A DNA stretch of 64,000 bases from the NCBI GenBank assembly GCA_050633245.1, contig JBOEGD010000005.1:1-64000 (forward strand), read 5' to 3'. The translations under genes were made by a program, and so were the position numbers. The stretch comes from Calditrichia bacterium. Lineage in GTDB: Bacteria; Calditrichota; Calditrichia; RBG-13-44-9; J075. The notes below the pieces were generated by a model. It made no database searches. It saw only the letters and a program-made list of their open reading frames with translations, and was not told where the DNA came from. Below are positions 1 through 8,494 of the stretch, piece after piece (the first letter of the stretch is position 1; each line of letters starts with the position of its first letter).

Positions 1-32
1 GACTGCCGACTGCCGACTGCCGACTGCCGACT
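1..32. repeat. Heptamer tandem repeat (GACTGCC)n, about 4.5 copies, truncated by the window edge
   Basis: gactgcc-gactgcc-gactgcc-gactgcc-gact read directly, immediately after the thpR stop codon. Confidence 0.95.
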
Positions 33-592
33 CACGAATTTAAAGAAAACGATTCAACTACAGAATAGACTGCTCCCTTGGGAGATAACTTGCTTTGCAT
101 GAGATGAATTTCGTCCACAGGTATAAGGAATCTTTGCAGGGACATATTTTGAAAAGTCTGTAGCAGTTGTTGAAGATTTTGCTGACCTTTTATTCTACAT
201 AACGTGAGGTGTGGATTGTAGCGTCGCTTTTCACGGGGAAAGCCAACATCGTAGCAAGTTGTTTCTATGCCGTTCTGTAGCTGTTTGAGTGATGTAAGCC
301 CGGCACCATCAAGGCCGATCCAAAGGACGGCGGGATTTTTGAGGTTGGGAAAGGCGCCACCAGTGCCGGTACTAAGCTCAAAAGGCTGGCTGCGTGAAGC
401 GATTTGTTCGAGTGCTTCATACAGTTGTTTTTGCTGCGCGGCTTCCACATCGCCCAGAAATTTTAACGTAATATGAGTAGATTCCGGTCTTACCCAGCGA
501 GCGGGTGAAGGCACAGCACGAAGCTCGTTTATCAGTTTGCCAAGAGCAGACTCAACTCGCGGTGGAATTTTTATGGCGATAAATAAACGCAT
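32..592 (-). CDS. thpR: RNA 2',3'-cyclic phosphodiesterase (2H phosphoesterase, LigT/ThpR family)
   Basis: MRLFIAI N-terminus, two HxT motifs (HITLKFLG, PHLTL), GAFPN...VLWIG, 186 aa. Confidence 0.92.
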   Translation of the reverse strand: MRLFIAIKIPPRVESALGKLINELRAVPSPARWVRPESTHITLKFLGDVEAAQQKQLYEALEQIASRSQPFELSTGTGGAFPNLKNPAVLWIGLDGAGLTSLKQLQNGIETTCYDVGFPREKRRYNPHLTLCRIKGQQNLQQLLQTFQNMSLQRFLIPVDEIHLMQSKLSPKGAVYSVVESFSLNS

Positions 593-628
593 GGGGACAA
601 TGATGAATTATGAGTGATGAGTTGTGAA

Positions 629-3600
629 TTACGATTTATTGCTGTTATTGGGTTCGCGGCGAACAACGCGGAAGCCGAAGGAGGTATTTGATTTATGTGG
701 TGCGTCATTATTTCGTGCATTACAGCGTAGCAGGTTCGTGTCATCATAAAATGCACCACCGCGTAATGCACGGTTGTCATTCTGTGAACTAAAACGATTA
801 GCAGACCATTCCCAAACGTTACCTGCCATGTCCATTAAGCCTTCCGGTGTTGCGCCTTTGGGATAACGCCCTACCGGTGTGGTGCTTCCAATATAATTGT
901 CAAAGTTGGCCAACTCTTCGGTTGGACCCTCTACCGAATCGGGCCAGGGCCAGGTGCGCTCGCCACCGGATGCAGCCCACTCCCATTCCTGCTCAGAAGG
1001 CAGGCTGTAAATTTCAGCAGCATTATTCAGATTCTGATTTTCTATCATAGACAGCCAAAAACAATAAATTCGCGCGGCAAACCAGCTGACGCCAATAACC
1101 GGATGGTGCTCGTAGTTAAAATCGGTTAGGCGTTCCAGTTGTTCCGGGCGCAGTCGTTCACCGAGCTTATTATAAGCACCATACAGATACTCCGCCAAAC
1201 CGTCTACTCGTTGGGCAAACTCGTTCAGGCGATCTTTAAAAAGTTTCAGCGGTAACACACTTTCAACCTCTTCATCAGAGCCGTTCAGATGAGCCAGGAA
1301 GCGTTTATATTGCGCATTGGTTACGGGATACCGGGCAAACCAGCGATCCTGAGTCCGAACGGTTGATTTGGTTACAGAGTAGGTATAGCTGCCACCGGGA
1401 ATAAGAATGAACTCTGCCCCGGTTATGGGATGCGAGAAGCTATTGGTTTCTGTTTCGTCTGCTTCAACTGTCTGCTGCTGCGGAATGTTCTCGGCGGCTT
1501 CGACTGGCGGTTCGGCATTTGTCTTAGTCGGACCAAACTCAATTTCTAAAATCTCTTGCAGGTCGCGACCAATGTCATCCGGTGATTCGTAATAGCTAAT
1601 TGGATTTTCGCCTCGCAATTGCGCAAGGAAGTTTTGCATTCGGTCAATGTCGGAACCACGAGCCGCTTTTACCTCAGCTTGTGGCGTCGGTAAAAACACA
1701 CGAAGCGGTACGTTCATATTGCGGGCAATTTCGTATTGCTCTTCCAGCATGCTGCGATCTCTGCCCGACAGTTTCGGCAGAGCTTCTCCAATAACCAGTA
1801 CGAATAAGTCAGTATCGGCAAGTGTACGTTTTAGATCTTCAAAATATGTATCGATTGTTGTTGAACCGCGATCCTCAACTTCAATACGTTTGTGTCCGCT
1901 GCCTTCAATTGTTTTGATGACAGATGCATATGCCGGCACCATATCGGTGCTGGTATCCATGGCCAGGAAGATGTTTTTTGTGCCATCCGGCGTTTCGGAA
2001 CCCCCCGGGTTATAACCCGGGGCTACGTCTTGCGCCTCGCTACTTGCTTCTCCCGCTCTCCCGCTCTCCCGCTCTCCCAGTCGATCATTCAATGTTTGTA
2101 CTAACGCCGCAAGATCGTCTTCGAAATACTCGTTGCTCATGCGGATGGCCTGACGTTCCGTTAGCGTGTAAATGCTCTCGGGCAGTTCGTCCCCAGGGGG
2201 CATGTCTGCATTGTTGACCAAAACCGGAATAATCGGAATATCCAATCTCATCGCGATTTCTATCTTCAGACGTAGCTCATCGTCCGGTTTGTCGATAAGA
2301 CGATCTCCATCGCTGTTGGTGAATTCATCAAACCAGTTGTCAATGAGAACCAACACGACAGAGCTGGTTTCCAGCATTGTTTCAACATGACTGGCAAAGG
2401 TTTGTCCAATAGGGGGATCATCCAGATAGATGTTTACTCGTGTTTGCGGCATCTGTTCCGGCAAGGCCTCATGAAGACGTCGCGCCATTTCTCCGGAATT
2501 GCGCTCGCGATAGGCAATTGCAATGCGATTTTGCGGAATAGGTGTCTCTGTTGAGCTACTGCTGCTGAAGTCTTCCTGCATGCTGCCAAGGTAGCCGCCG
2601 ATAAAGGCAATTGCCTTGTCGATATCGCGTTCGGCATTTTCTCCATCTATTTGTAGCGGCTGCAGCTCTGCTAAACGCTGTATCGATTTCCGAAGTTCAC
2701 CAACAGCAGGTATTCTGGCACCACCATATAACACCGGAATGATGTACTTGTTTTGCTTTACTGCTTCTTCCAATTCATACAGAAGCCAATCACCATAGTC
2801 GTCAGTATTGACCGAAGTGGCATTCTGCACCCGCCGCAACCAATACGGGCCAATCATTGCCAGTACGATATCCGATTTTTCGATTGCTGCCTGAAAACCA
2901 GCTTCAACGGATTTAGAAGACGCAGTACTTTCCTTTCCGGAAATGGCCGCTTCACCGAACTGTTCAACCAGGCGCTCATGCAGTGGCAGCCACTCCTCAT
3001 CATAGCGATTGCCGTAATAGCTGAAATAAATTGAATTGGGCCGCGGAATAAAACCAGCGGTTTCAGTTCCCTCTAGCTTCTTGCCTCTTGCGGATTCCGG
3101 GTTGAAATCCGGTAATGAAGACTGTATGGCGCTCATTAACTCATCAAAATTTCCACGTACGACTTCCGCACCGTAGTAGGAATCCGGATTCTCGCCCAGA
3201 TCAGGTTCTACTTCATATGGTGCCCAAATAAGGCGTTTTAGTCCGGCGCTACGACTAATGGAGGCCGCCAGGTTATTATCGAAAATCGTTGATGAAACGG
3301 TATCGATATCCAAGTCGCGACTATTGAGCCCAACAAACTGGATAGCCAGATCCGCAGAGGCCAAGCAGTTCTGCATAATGAAAAAGCGAGCCAGGCTGCT
3401 TTGGCCGTCCAGTCCAAGGGGCTCTTCCGGAAGAACGGTGTAGTTTTGTTGCCGCAATTGAAACACCAACTGATCATAATATTCAGCCAAATCATAAGCA
3501 GCATCAGACAGCCAGATGTTCCTGATGTTGTCTATGTTGAGATAGTTATCTGGTGGCAGAACTTTGTTTTGTAGAGTACGGAACTGACTTTCCAGCATTT

Positions 3601-4960
3601 GCAGCAGATCATTCATCGTTTTGCGATAGCGATCCAATACCTCTCCGGTAGATTCCCGGTGGGCAATACTGGGTGGAGCGGCGGGGTCTTCCAGATGGAG
3701 CGGTAATTGAGCACAGTGACGCAGTTCAGTTGGCAGCTCGGAGAGGTCTATCGGTTCCAGCGGTAGCAGGATAATGCGATTGCGAATTGCGCCTTCGCGG
3801 ATGCCTTTAGCGCGATTGGCTTCCAGAAAGACATTGAGCTCTTGCTGAGCCGGTTCGGAGCCTAGCCAGTTCTGCGAATAAATAATTAACAATATTGCGG
3901 TATCCGGGAGCTCGGTACTTAAGTTAACTTCGAGCTTGTTGGTATTGGAAATTAGTATGTTTGCAGATAGCCGCATTACTGAGCCAATGCAGCTATCGAG
4001 GTCTTCATGGAACATTAATACCGGGCCGTCATCACTGTCGTTAAGAGCAATGGCTTCATCATTTTCATGAAAGCTGATGTAAATGTCGTTTTCGTAGTGG
4101 ACGCTTTGGGAGGCAGTCTCCTGCGCCTCCGCTCCTCCCAGATTAGAGTCAGGGGCAACGTTCGAATCGCCCGGCGCGACAACGTCTTGCTGCTCGCTTC
4201 TCGCCTGCTGTGATGTTTCTCCCGTTCTCCCGCTCTCCCGCTCTTCTTTACGTCTCTGCTCTCTGTTCTCTGTTCTTTGTTCTGGTATAGAAGGTAGTGC
4301 CAACTCAACGCTGCCAACCTTAATGTTGCTATTTCCCAACAGGGCAAACGTTTCGCGGGCTAACGGGTCGTTCCCACTTTCTAAATGATTGACGCCTGCA
4401 ACGTAAAGCAGCAAATCATCTTCACCGAGAAGCGGCTCGGCAAGCTGATCGGTGAGTTTACTGAGGCGCTGAATTTCGGCACTGTTGTGACTATGTTGCG
4501 CTTTCTGCAGCTCGAGGGCAATAGTTTGTGCGGCGCGCTCTGGTTCCAGAAAGGCAATGGCAGCAAGCTGCTGTGCCTGTAAGAAATCTTTTCTTACGTT
4601 GCTGTAGGTTCTCGTGAGCTCGCGCTCGGTATAGGCGTATAAGAACTCGGCAATTTCTCTTACCCGGCGCTGTCCAAAATCCTTATCGAGCTTTAGCTCG
4701 CTTAACAAGCCTTCGCGAACATCGCTTTTCATCTGATACATTTCATCACCGGCTTCGCGACAAAGTTGTGAAAGCAATAGATCGGCTTCAGAAATCCAGG
4801 GGGCATTGTTTACAAAGTTGATGCGAATGAGATGCAGGATTTCAGGTGTTAGTCCAAGTGGGAGCGCGGCGTGCATAGCTAAAACTATATGCGCCTCACC
4901 AAACTGGCGGGCATAGGCTTCCAGAAACTGCTGCGCAGACTGTTTGGAAAGACTGGACAT
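629..4960 (-). CDS. Multidomain effector: vWA-associated helical N-terminal domain, five TIR/DUF4062-like domains, C-terminal FGE-sulfatase (SUMF1) domain
   Basis: N-terminal LAMHAALPLGLTPEILHLIR; TIR-type first strands IYISF, IWLSD, IYFSY, IAIAY, IFLAM; W/L.xE.xxA...IIPVL motifs; C-terminal PV..VSWF.A..YC.WL, LPSEQEWEWAA, GL.DMAGNVWEW, RGG.F, GFRVV. Confidence 0.8.
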   Translation of the reverse strand: MSSLSKQSAQQFLEAYARQFGEAHIVLAMHAALPLGLTPEILHLIRINFVNNAPWISEADLLLSQLCREAGDEMYQMKSDVREGLLSELKLDKDFGQRRVREIAEFLYAYTERELTRTYSNVRKDFLQAQQLAAIAFLEPERAAQTIALELQKAQHSHNSAEIQRLSKLTDQLAEPLLGEDDLLLYVAGVNHLESGNDPLARETFALLGNSNIKVGSVELALPSIPEQRTENREQRRKEERESGRTGETSQQARSEQQDVVAPGDSNVAPDSNLGGAEAQETASQSVHYENDIYISFHENDEAIALNDSDDGPVLMFHEDLDSCIGSVMRLSANILISNTNKLEVNLSTELPDTAILLIIYSQNWLGSEPAQQELNVFLEANRAKGIREGAIRNRIILLPLEPIDLSELPTELRHCAQLPLHLEDPAAPPSIAHRESTGEVLDRYRKTMNDLLQMLESQFRTLQNKVLPPDNYLNIDNIRNIWLSDAAYDLAEYYDQLVFQLRQQNYTVLPEEPLGLDGQSSLARFFIMQNCLASADLAIQFVGLNSRDLDIDTVSSTIFDNNLAASISRSAGLKRLIWAPYEVEPDLGENPDSYYGAEVVRGNFDELMSAIQSSLPDFNPESARGKKLEGTETAGFIPRPNSIYFSYYGNRYDEEWLPLHERLVEQFGEAAISGKESTASSKSVEAGFQAAIEKSDIVLAMIGPYWLRRVQNATSVNTDDYGDWLLYELEEAVKQNKYIIPVLYGGARIPAVGELRKSIQRLAELQPLQIDGENAERDIDKAIAFIGGYLGSMQEDFSSSSSTETPIPQNRIAIAYRERNSGEMARRLHEALPEQMPQTRVNIYLDDPPIGQTFASHVETMLETSSVVLVLIDNWFDEFTNSDGDRLIDKPDDELRLKIEIAMRLDIPIIPVLVNNADMPPGDELPESIYTLTERQAIRMSNEYFEDDLAALVQTLNDRLGERESGRAGEASSEAQDVAPGYNPGGSETPDGTKNIFLAMDTSTDMVPAYASVIKTIEGSGHKRIEVEDRGSTTIDTYFEDLKRTLADTDLFVLVIGEALPKLSGRDRSMLEEQYEIARNMNVPLRVFLPTPQAEVKAARGSDIDRMQNFLAQLRGENPISYYESPDDIGRDLQEILEIEFGPTKTNAEPPVEAAENIPQQQTVEADETETNSFSHPITGAEFILIPGGSYTYSVTKSTVRTQDRWFARYPVTNAQYKRFLAHLNGSDEEVESVLPLKLFKDRLNEFAQRVDGLAEYLYGAYNKLGERLRPEQLERLTDFNYEHHPVIGVSWFAARIYCFWLSMIENQNLNNAAEIYSLPSEQEWEWAASGGERTWPWPDSVEGPTEELANFDNYIGSTTPVGRYPKGATPEGLMDMAGNVWEWSANRFSSQNDNRALRGGAFYDDTNLLRCNARNNDAPHKSNTSFGFRVVRREPNNSNKS
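2003..2026 (-). repeat. GTAG-type REP palindrome inside the CDS (GTAG+CCCCGGGTTATAACCCGGGG)
   Basis: Perfect 20-bp palindrome at 2003-2022 followed by CTAC; encodes VAPGYNPG. Confidence 0.8.
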
Positions 4961-4962
4961 AG

Positions 4963-6120
4963 TTAGAGCGCCTTTCCGCGAATAATATCTACGGCCTCAT
5001 CCAATCCGACGCGCGTGAGTGACAGCATTGGAATAGAGGAGCTGATTGAATCGGCAGAGCTGTTTTTCCAGCGTTCTTCCGGTGTCGGATTGATCCAGGC
5101 GATATGGGGTGAATAGCGACGCAGCGTTTCAAGGAATTCATTGGTGCGCCGGACGCGTGCTTTGCTGTTGGATCGGCGCGCCGCACCTCCATCGCTGATA
5201 ATCATAATGCCAGAGTCATGAAATCCGCTCAATACATCCTGTAGGGGAAGACCCGTACTGCGCTTTGCATCTGTGAATAGAGACTTTCGGGGTACGTCAT
5301 GAAAATAGTAGACCGCATAGCGCGATAGTCCACCTTGACGAACCGAGTTTAGCAATCGCTGAATAATGCGTCGAAATGGAACCATCGAGCCGCCTTCATC
5401 TACCAGTAGCAGCAATTCCGCCTGGTTGGTGCGACGAGATCGCATCACCGGATGCAGAAGAAGTCCATTTTCTGCGACCTGCTGCACGGTTCCGGGAATA
5501 TCGAGAATTGTTGCCGGGCCATCCTGGCGCATTCGCCGATAATAGCGCCAGGCGCGTTTCATGTGTCGCTGACGAATCGGATAGCTTCCGACAAGATCGA
5601 GATTGGCATTAATCTGTAGCGGCCTGATTTTTGGAATGCGGACGGCGGTCCCACCTTCCGGCATTTCCGGTAGAAAGCCTAATGGAATAGCGGTTGGTTT
5701 TGGTGATGTAGAATCGGTGTCTGGAGATAAAGCAGGTTCGTCATTTCTCGGGTTATAACCCGAGGCTACATCCTCTGTATCTTTTGTGTTGTTTGTATCT
5801 AGCTTCTCGCTATTCGTCTCTTGCTTGTTTGATTCCTCAGATTCGTCTGTCGTTTCCCGATCCTGTGTTACCAATTCCCGCTTCTCGGCAAGAATGCCCA
5901 GCAGCATCCGACCGAGTTCTTCCTGCTCTTCGCGGGATTTTCCCCAAAGGACCTGAAGCGTAAATACCATGTCTGATTCGGACTCACAGCCAAAGCCATA
6001 GGAAAATGCCTGCAAAGCCAGCTTGAACTCAGCGATGCCCAGTGAGAAGTTGTGCTGTCGTAAGCTATAGAATAGCGTGAGAAGCACGTTAAATAGTGTA
6101 GGTTGAGTAACCGCCTGCAT
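4963..6120 (-). CDS. vWA (CoxE-like) domain protein of a MoxR system
   Basis: MIDAS-like LLLLVDEGGSM, IISDGGAAR, W.NP.P..RW, LD..GTV motif; abuts the MoxR gene. Confidence 0.85.
   Translation of the reverse strand: MQAVTQPTLFNVLLTLFYSLRQHNFSLGIAEFKLALQAFSYGFGCESESDMVFTLQVLWGKSREEQEELGRMLLGILAEKRELVTQDRETTDESEESNKQETNSEKLDTNNTKDTEDVASGYNPRNDEPALSPDTDSTSPKPTAIPLGFLPEMPEGGTAVRIPKIRPLQINANLDLVGSYPIRQRHMKRAWRYYRRMRQDGPATILDIPGTVQQVAENGLLLHPVMRSRRTNQAELLLLVDEGGSMVPFRRIIQRLLNSVRQGGLSRYAVYYFHDVPRKSLFTDAKRSTGLPLQDVLSGFHDSGIMIISDGGAARRSNSKARVRRTNEFLETLRRYSPHIAWINPTPEERWKNSSADSISSSIPMLSLTRVGLDEAVDIIRGKAL
5747..5769 (-). repeat. Second in-frame GTAG-type REP palindrome (CTCGGGTTATAACCCGAG)
   Basis: Perfect 18-bp palindrome at 5747-5764 plus GCTAC; encodes VASGYNPR. 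Confidence 0.75.
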
Positions 6121-7017
6121 TTACTCGTCCTCTTCCTCGAGGCGTTGCAGCAGGTGTAGATCCTGCTGATATTTGAATAGCGTTTCCAGATAGGGAAGTT
6201 TACTGAGCGCATTTTTCTCCAGCGCAGATACATCGCTGCCCCAGAAGTGTAGCACCTTCACCCAGTCAATTAGCTCACTGGTGGATGGACTCTTGCGATA
6301 GCCTTCGACTTCTCGCATATCAATCAGCCGCCTAACTGCTGCATTAACCAGGGTTGTCTCGATTTTGTGCTTTTCTGCAGCAAGATTCACATTGATGATC
6401 TTCTTAAGGCGTTCTTCACTCGGAAAGGGAATTTGATAGAATAGACAGCGCCGCAAAAAGGCATCAGGTAGTTCTTTTTCATCATTGCTGGTAATAATAA
6501 TGATGGGATGCCCTATCGCCTGATAGGTGCGCATTGGATGACCATCTTCCAGCTCAACGACATCAAACGTTTTTTCTTCCAGCTCTCGCAATAAGTCGTT
6601 TGGAAAGTCTATGTCTGCCTTATCAATTTCATCAATCAGCACCACGGATTCTCCGGGATTCATAAATGCCTGACCGAGTGCCTGTAGCTTCACATAGTTA
6701 GCGAGATCTTTTGCATTCGGATCCTGAACCTGCGCGTCGTGCAGGCGCTTAATCATGTCGAGTAAATAGAGGCCGTCTCGTGCTCGAGTGGTAGACTTTA
6801 CATACCACTTGTATAATGGAACATCAAGTTCATGAGCAATGGCGTAGGCGAGCTGAGTTTTTCCACATCCCGGAGGTCCTTTTATCAGCAGCGGGCGACG
6901 CAGCATAATTGCCATATTTACGACGCGAGCAAGGTCGTCATTGGCAAGATAGGGATACGGTCCATTTTTACTGCCCTTAGGGGGCAGTCCGTCACCGCGA
7001 TAGCGATTGCGATCCAT
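6121..7017 (-). CDS. MoxR-family AAA+ ATPase
   Basis: Walker A GPPGCGKT, Walker B VLIDEIDKAD..FPNDLL, ITSN.EKELPDAFLRRC, PSTSELIDW. Confidence 0.93.
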   Translation of the reverse strand: MDRNRYRGDGLPPKGSKNGPYPYLANDDLARVVNMAIMLRRPLLIKGPPGCGKTQLAYAIAHELDVPLYKWYVKSTTRARDGLYLLDMIKRLHDAQVQDPNAKDLANYVKLQALGQAFMNPGESVVLIDEIDKADIDFPNDLLRELEEKTFDVVELEDGHPMRTYQAIGHPIIIITSNDEKELPDAFLRRCLFYQIPFPSEERLKKIINVNLAAEKHKIETTLVNAAVRRLIDMREVEGYRKSPSTSELIDWVKVLHFWGSDVSALEKNALSKLPYLETLFKYQQDLHLLQRLEEEDE

Positions 7018-7026
7018 TTTGGTCTC

Positions 7027-8349
7027 CTAAAACAGGTCGTTTAGTTTTATGAATAGCGATTGAGGTTTGCCGTTTGTTTCATTAAAGAGAGTCGTTGACT
7101 GAATTTTAGCATCAGCTGGCGAAAGGTTCATTTGCCTGCGCAGCCAGCTGCGGATTTCTTTTTCGGTGAAGGATTGCAGTTCCGGTAAGAGAATAAGGTT
7201 GTTCGTTTGAAAGTCTTCGTCAAAGTTTTCCAATGCGTCATCATCACAAATAAAATCATAATCGGTGCAGGTGATGGGACGTTCGTGTTCAACCAGGGCG
7301 AGCAGTTGATGCGCAAGTCCATCCGGAAGCGCTGCAACCAGCGGGATCCAGAATTGTTGTTGGAATGTTACCAGTCCATCCTGCAGGCGTTGGGCATCCA
7401 GAATGGTCAGAAGCATATCACTGCTTTCGAGAATTTGGCTTATGCGAGCAGACAGCTCATTGATATCTGCCGGTTCCCAGCCGTTTTCTATCTGATTACC
7501 GATAATGCGCAGCATATTGCTTAAACCTTGCTCCTGCCAGAGTACTTCCACATTAAATGTGATGCGCTTAATATCGCTGTTGCTTAGCTCTTCATATTCC
7601 ATGGTGAGGCGCTTGATTGCTTCATCCGTTCCTATTTCAGAGTTTTCGGCATGCACGACAAAGCAGACCGCGCGAGTAAGGTCGGAGGCATCTAACTCAT
7701 CAAGCCAGTCTTTGAATTGGCGGGTTTGCGTTTCGCGCCCGAGCTTTAGAATCGTCTGTCTGGCTTGTGGATTTCGTGATTGCGTCTCGGCTTCCCGGGC
7801 AATGCCACGCAGGCCGTCGTTTTGCCACTTTGTAACAATGCGTTGAATTTGTAATGCCATGTCAAGTACTGAGGGAAACGGCATTATCGTAGCTTCATTT
7901 TTCACCAACCGGTGGAAGGCCTTAACCGCTGCTGTATCTTCCGGTTTTTGAGGGTTTGGTTGGTCGGCCCGCTGCTTGAGATCCAGATCTATCTCACTGC
8001 CTCTTGCGGGCATTAATACCGCCATCGGTTTTTTGTAGTGCCGGGCCCAGTGATATTCCAGTTCAGTAATCGACTTTTGTATGGCATCGGGAACGCAGTC
8101 TTCAGCGGGGATTAGTGCGCCATCTGCACCGGGTATCCAGCCATAGCGATAGCCAAAAATACCAACGTAATGGCTGCTATGCTCTTTTAGCTGAGTATGG
8201 CAAACTTCCGGTGCGGGTTTATATTCCGTTACCCAGTTTTCCATCGTTATCGCTACGCCCTTGCCATATTCCTCAATTGCCTTATAGGCAGCAGGACGAC
8301 ATTCTTCCATATCGTAACTGGTAGCGCTGATGAATACTTTTACCGGCAT
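7027..8349 (-). CDS. DUF4062 (TIR-like) effector fused to an inactive STAND-like domain; likely start ATG 8349
   Basis: KVFISATSYDM...YVGIFGYRYGW...SITELEY..A (DUF4062); C-terminal half has a degenerate NTPase-like pattern, F.QQFW.PL and LPEL..F...EI..WL...GKP. The upstream ORF extension is made of heptamer repeats. Confidence 0.72.
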   Translation of the reverse strand: MPVKVFISATSYDMEECRPAAYKAIEEYGKGVAITMENWVTEYKPAPEVCHTQLKEHSSHYVGIFGYRYGWIPGADGALIPAEDCVPDAIQKSITELEYHWARHYKKPMAVLMPARGSEIDLDLKQRADQPNPQKPEDTAAVKAFHRLVKNEATIMPFPSVLDMALQIQRIVTKWQNDGLRGIAREAETQSRNPQARQTILKLGRETQTRQFKDWLDELDASDLTRAVCFVVHAENSEIGTDEAIKRLTMEYEELSNSDIKRITFNVEVLWQEQGLSNMLRIIGNQIENGWEPADINELSARISQILESSDMLLTILDAQRLQDGLVTFQQQFWIPLVAALPDGLAHQLLALVEHERPITCTDYDFICDDDALENFDEDFQTNNLILLPELQSFTEKEIRSWLRRQMNLSPADAKIQSTTLFNETNGKPQSLFIKLNDLF

Positions 8350-8356
8350 GACAAGC

Positions 8357-8385
8357 TCTGGGTTCTGAGTTCTGGGTTCTGAGGT
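8357..8385. repeat. Degenerate heptamer repeat (TCTGRGT)n upstream of the operon
   Basis: tctgggt-tctgagt-tctgggt-tctgagg. Confidence 0.8.
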
Positions 8386-8494
8386 TCGTATTTGATAATA
8401 GATAAGCACCTGAGGAAAATCAAGCGCTCTGTTGCAAGATGCATTATTATAGAGGAAGGATGGGTGATGCAGGTCTACTTAGAGCACCTGCCGC

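Noticed and set aside
629-1420. FGE domain as a true formylglycine-generating enzyme or DGR target
   Set aside because: The catalytic Cys pair is not evident, and no reverse transcriptase or template repeat was seen in the window
8350-8409. N-terminal extension of the DUF4062 ORF (MLIYYQIRTSEPRTQNPELV)
   Set aside because: Encoded largely by a heptamer repeat; the domain begins at ATG 8349
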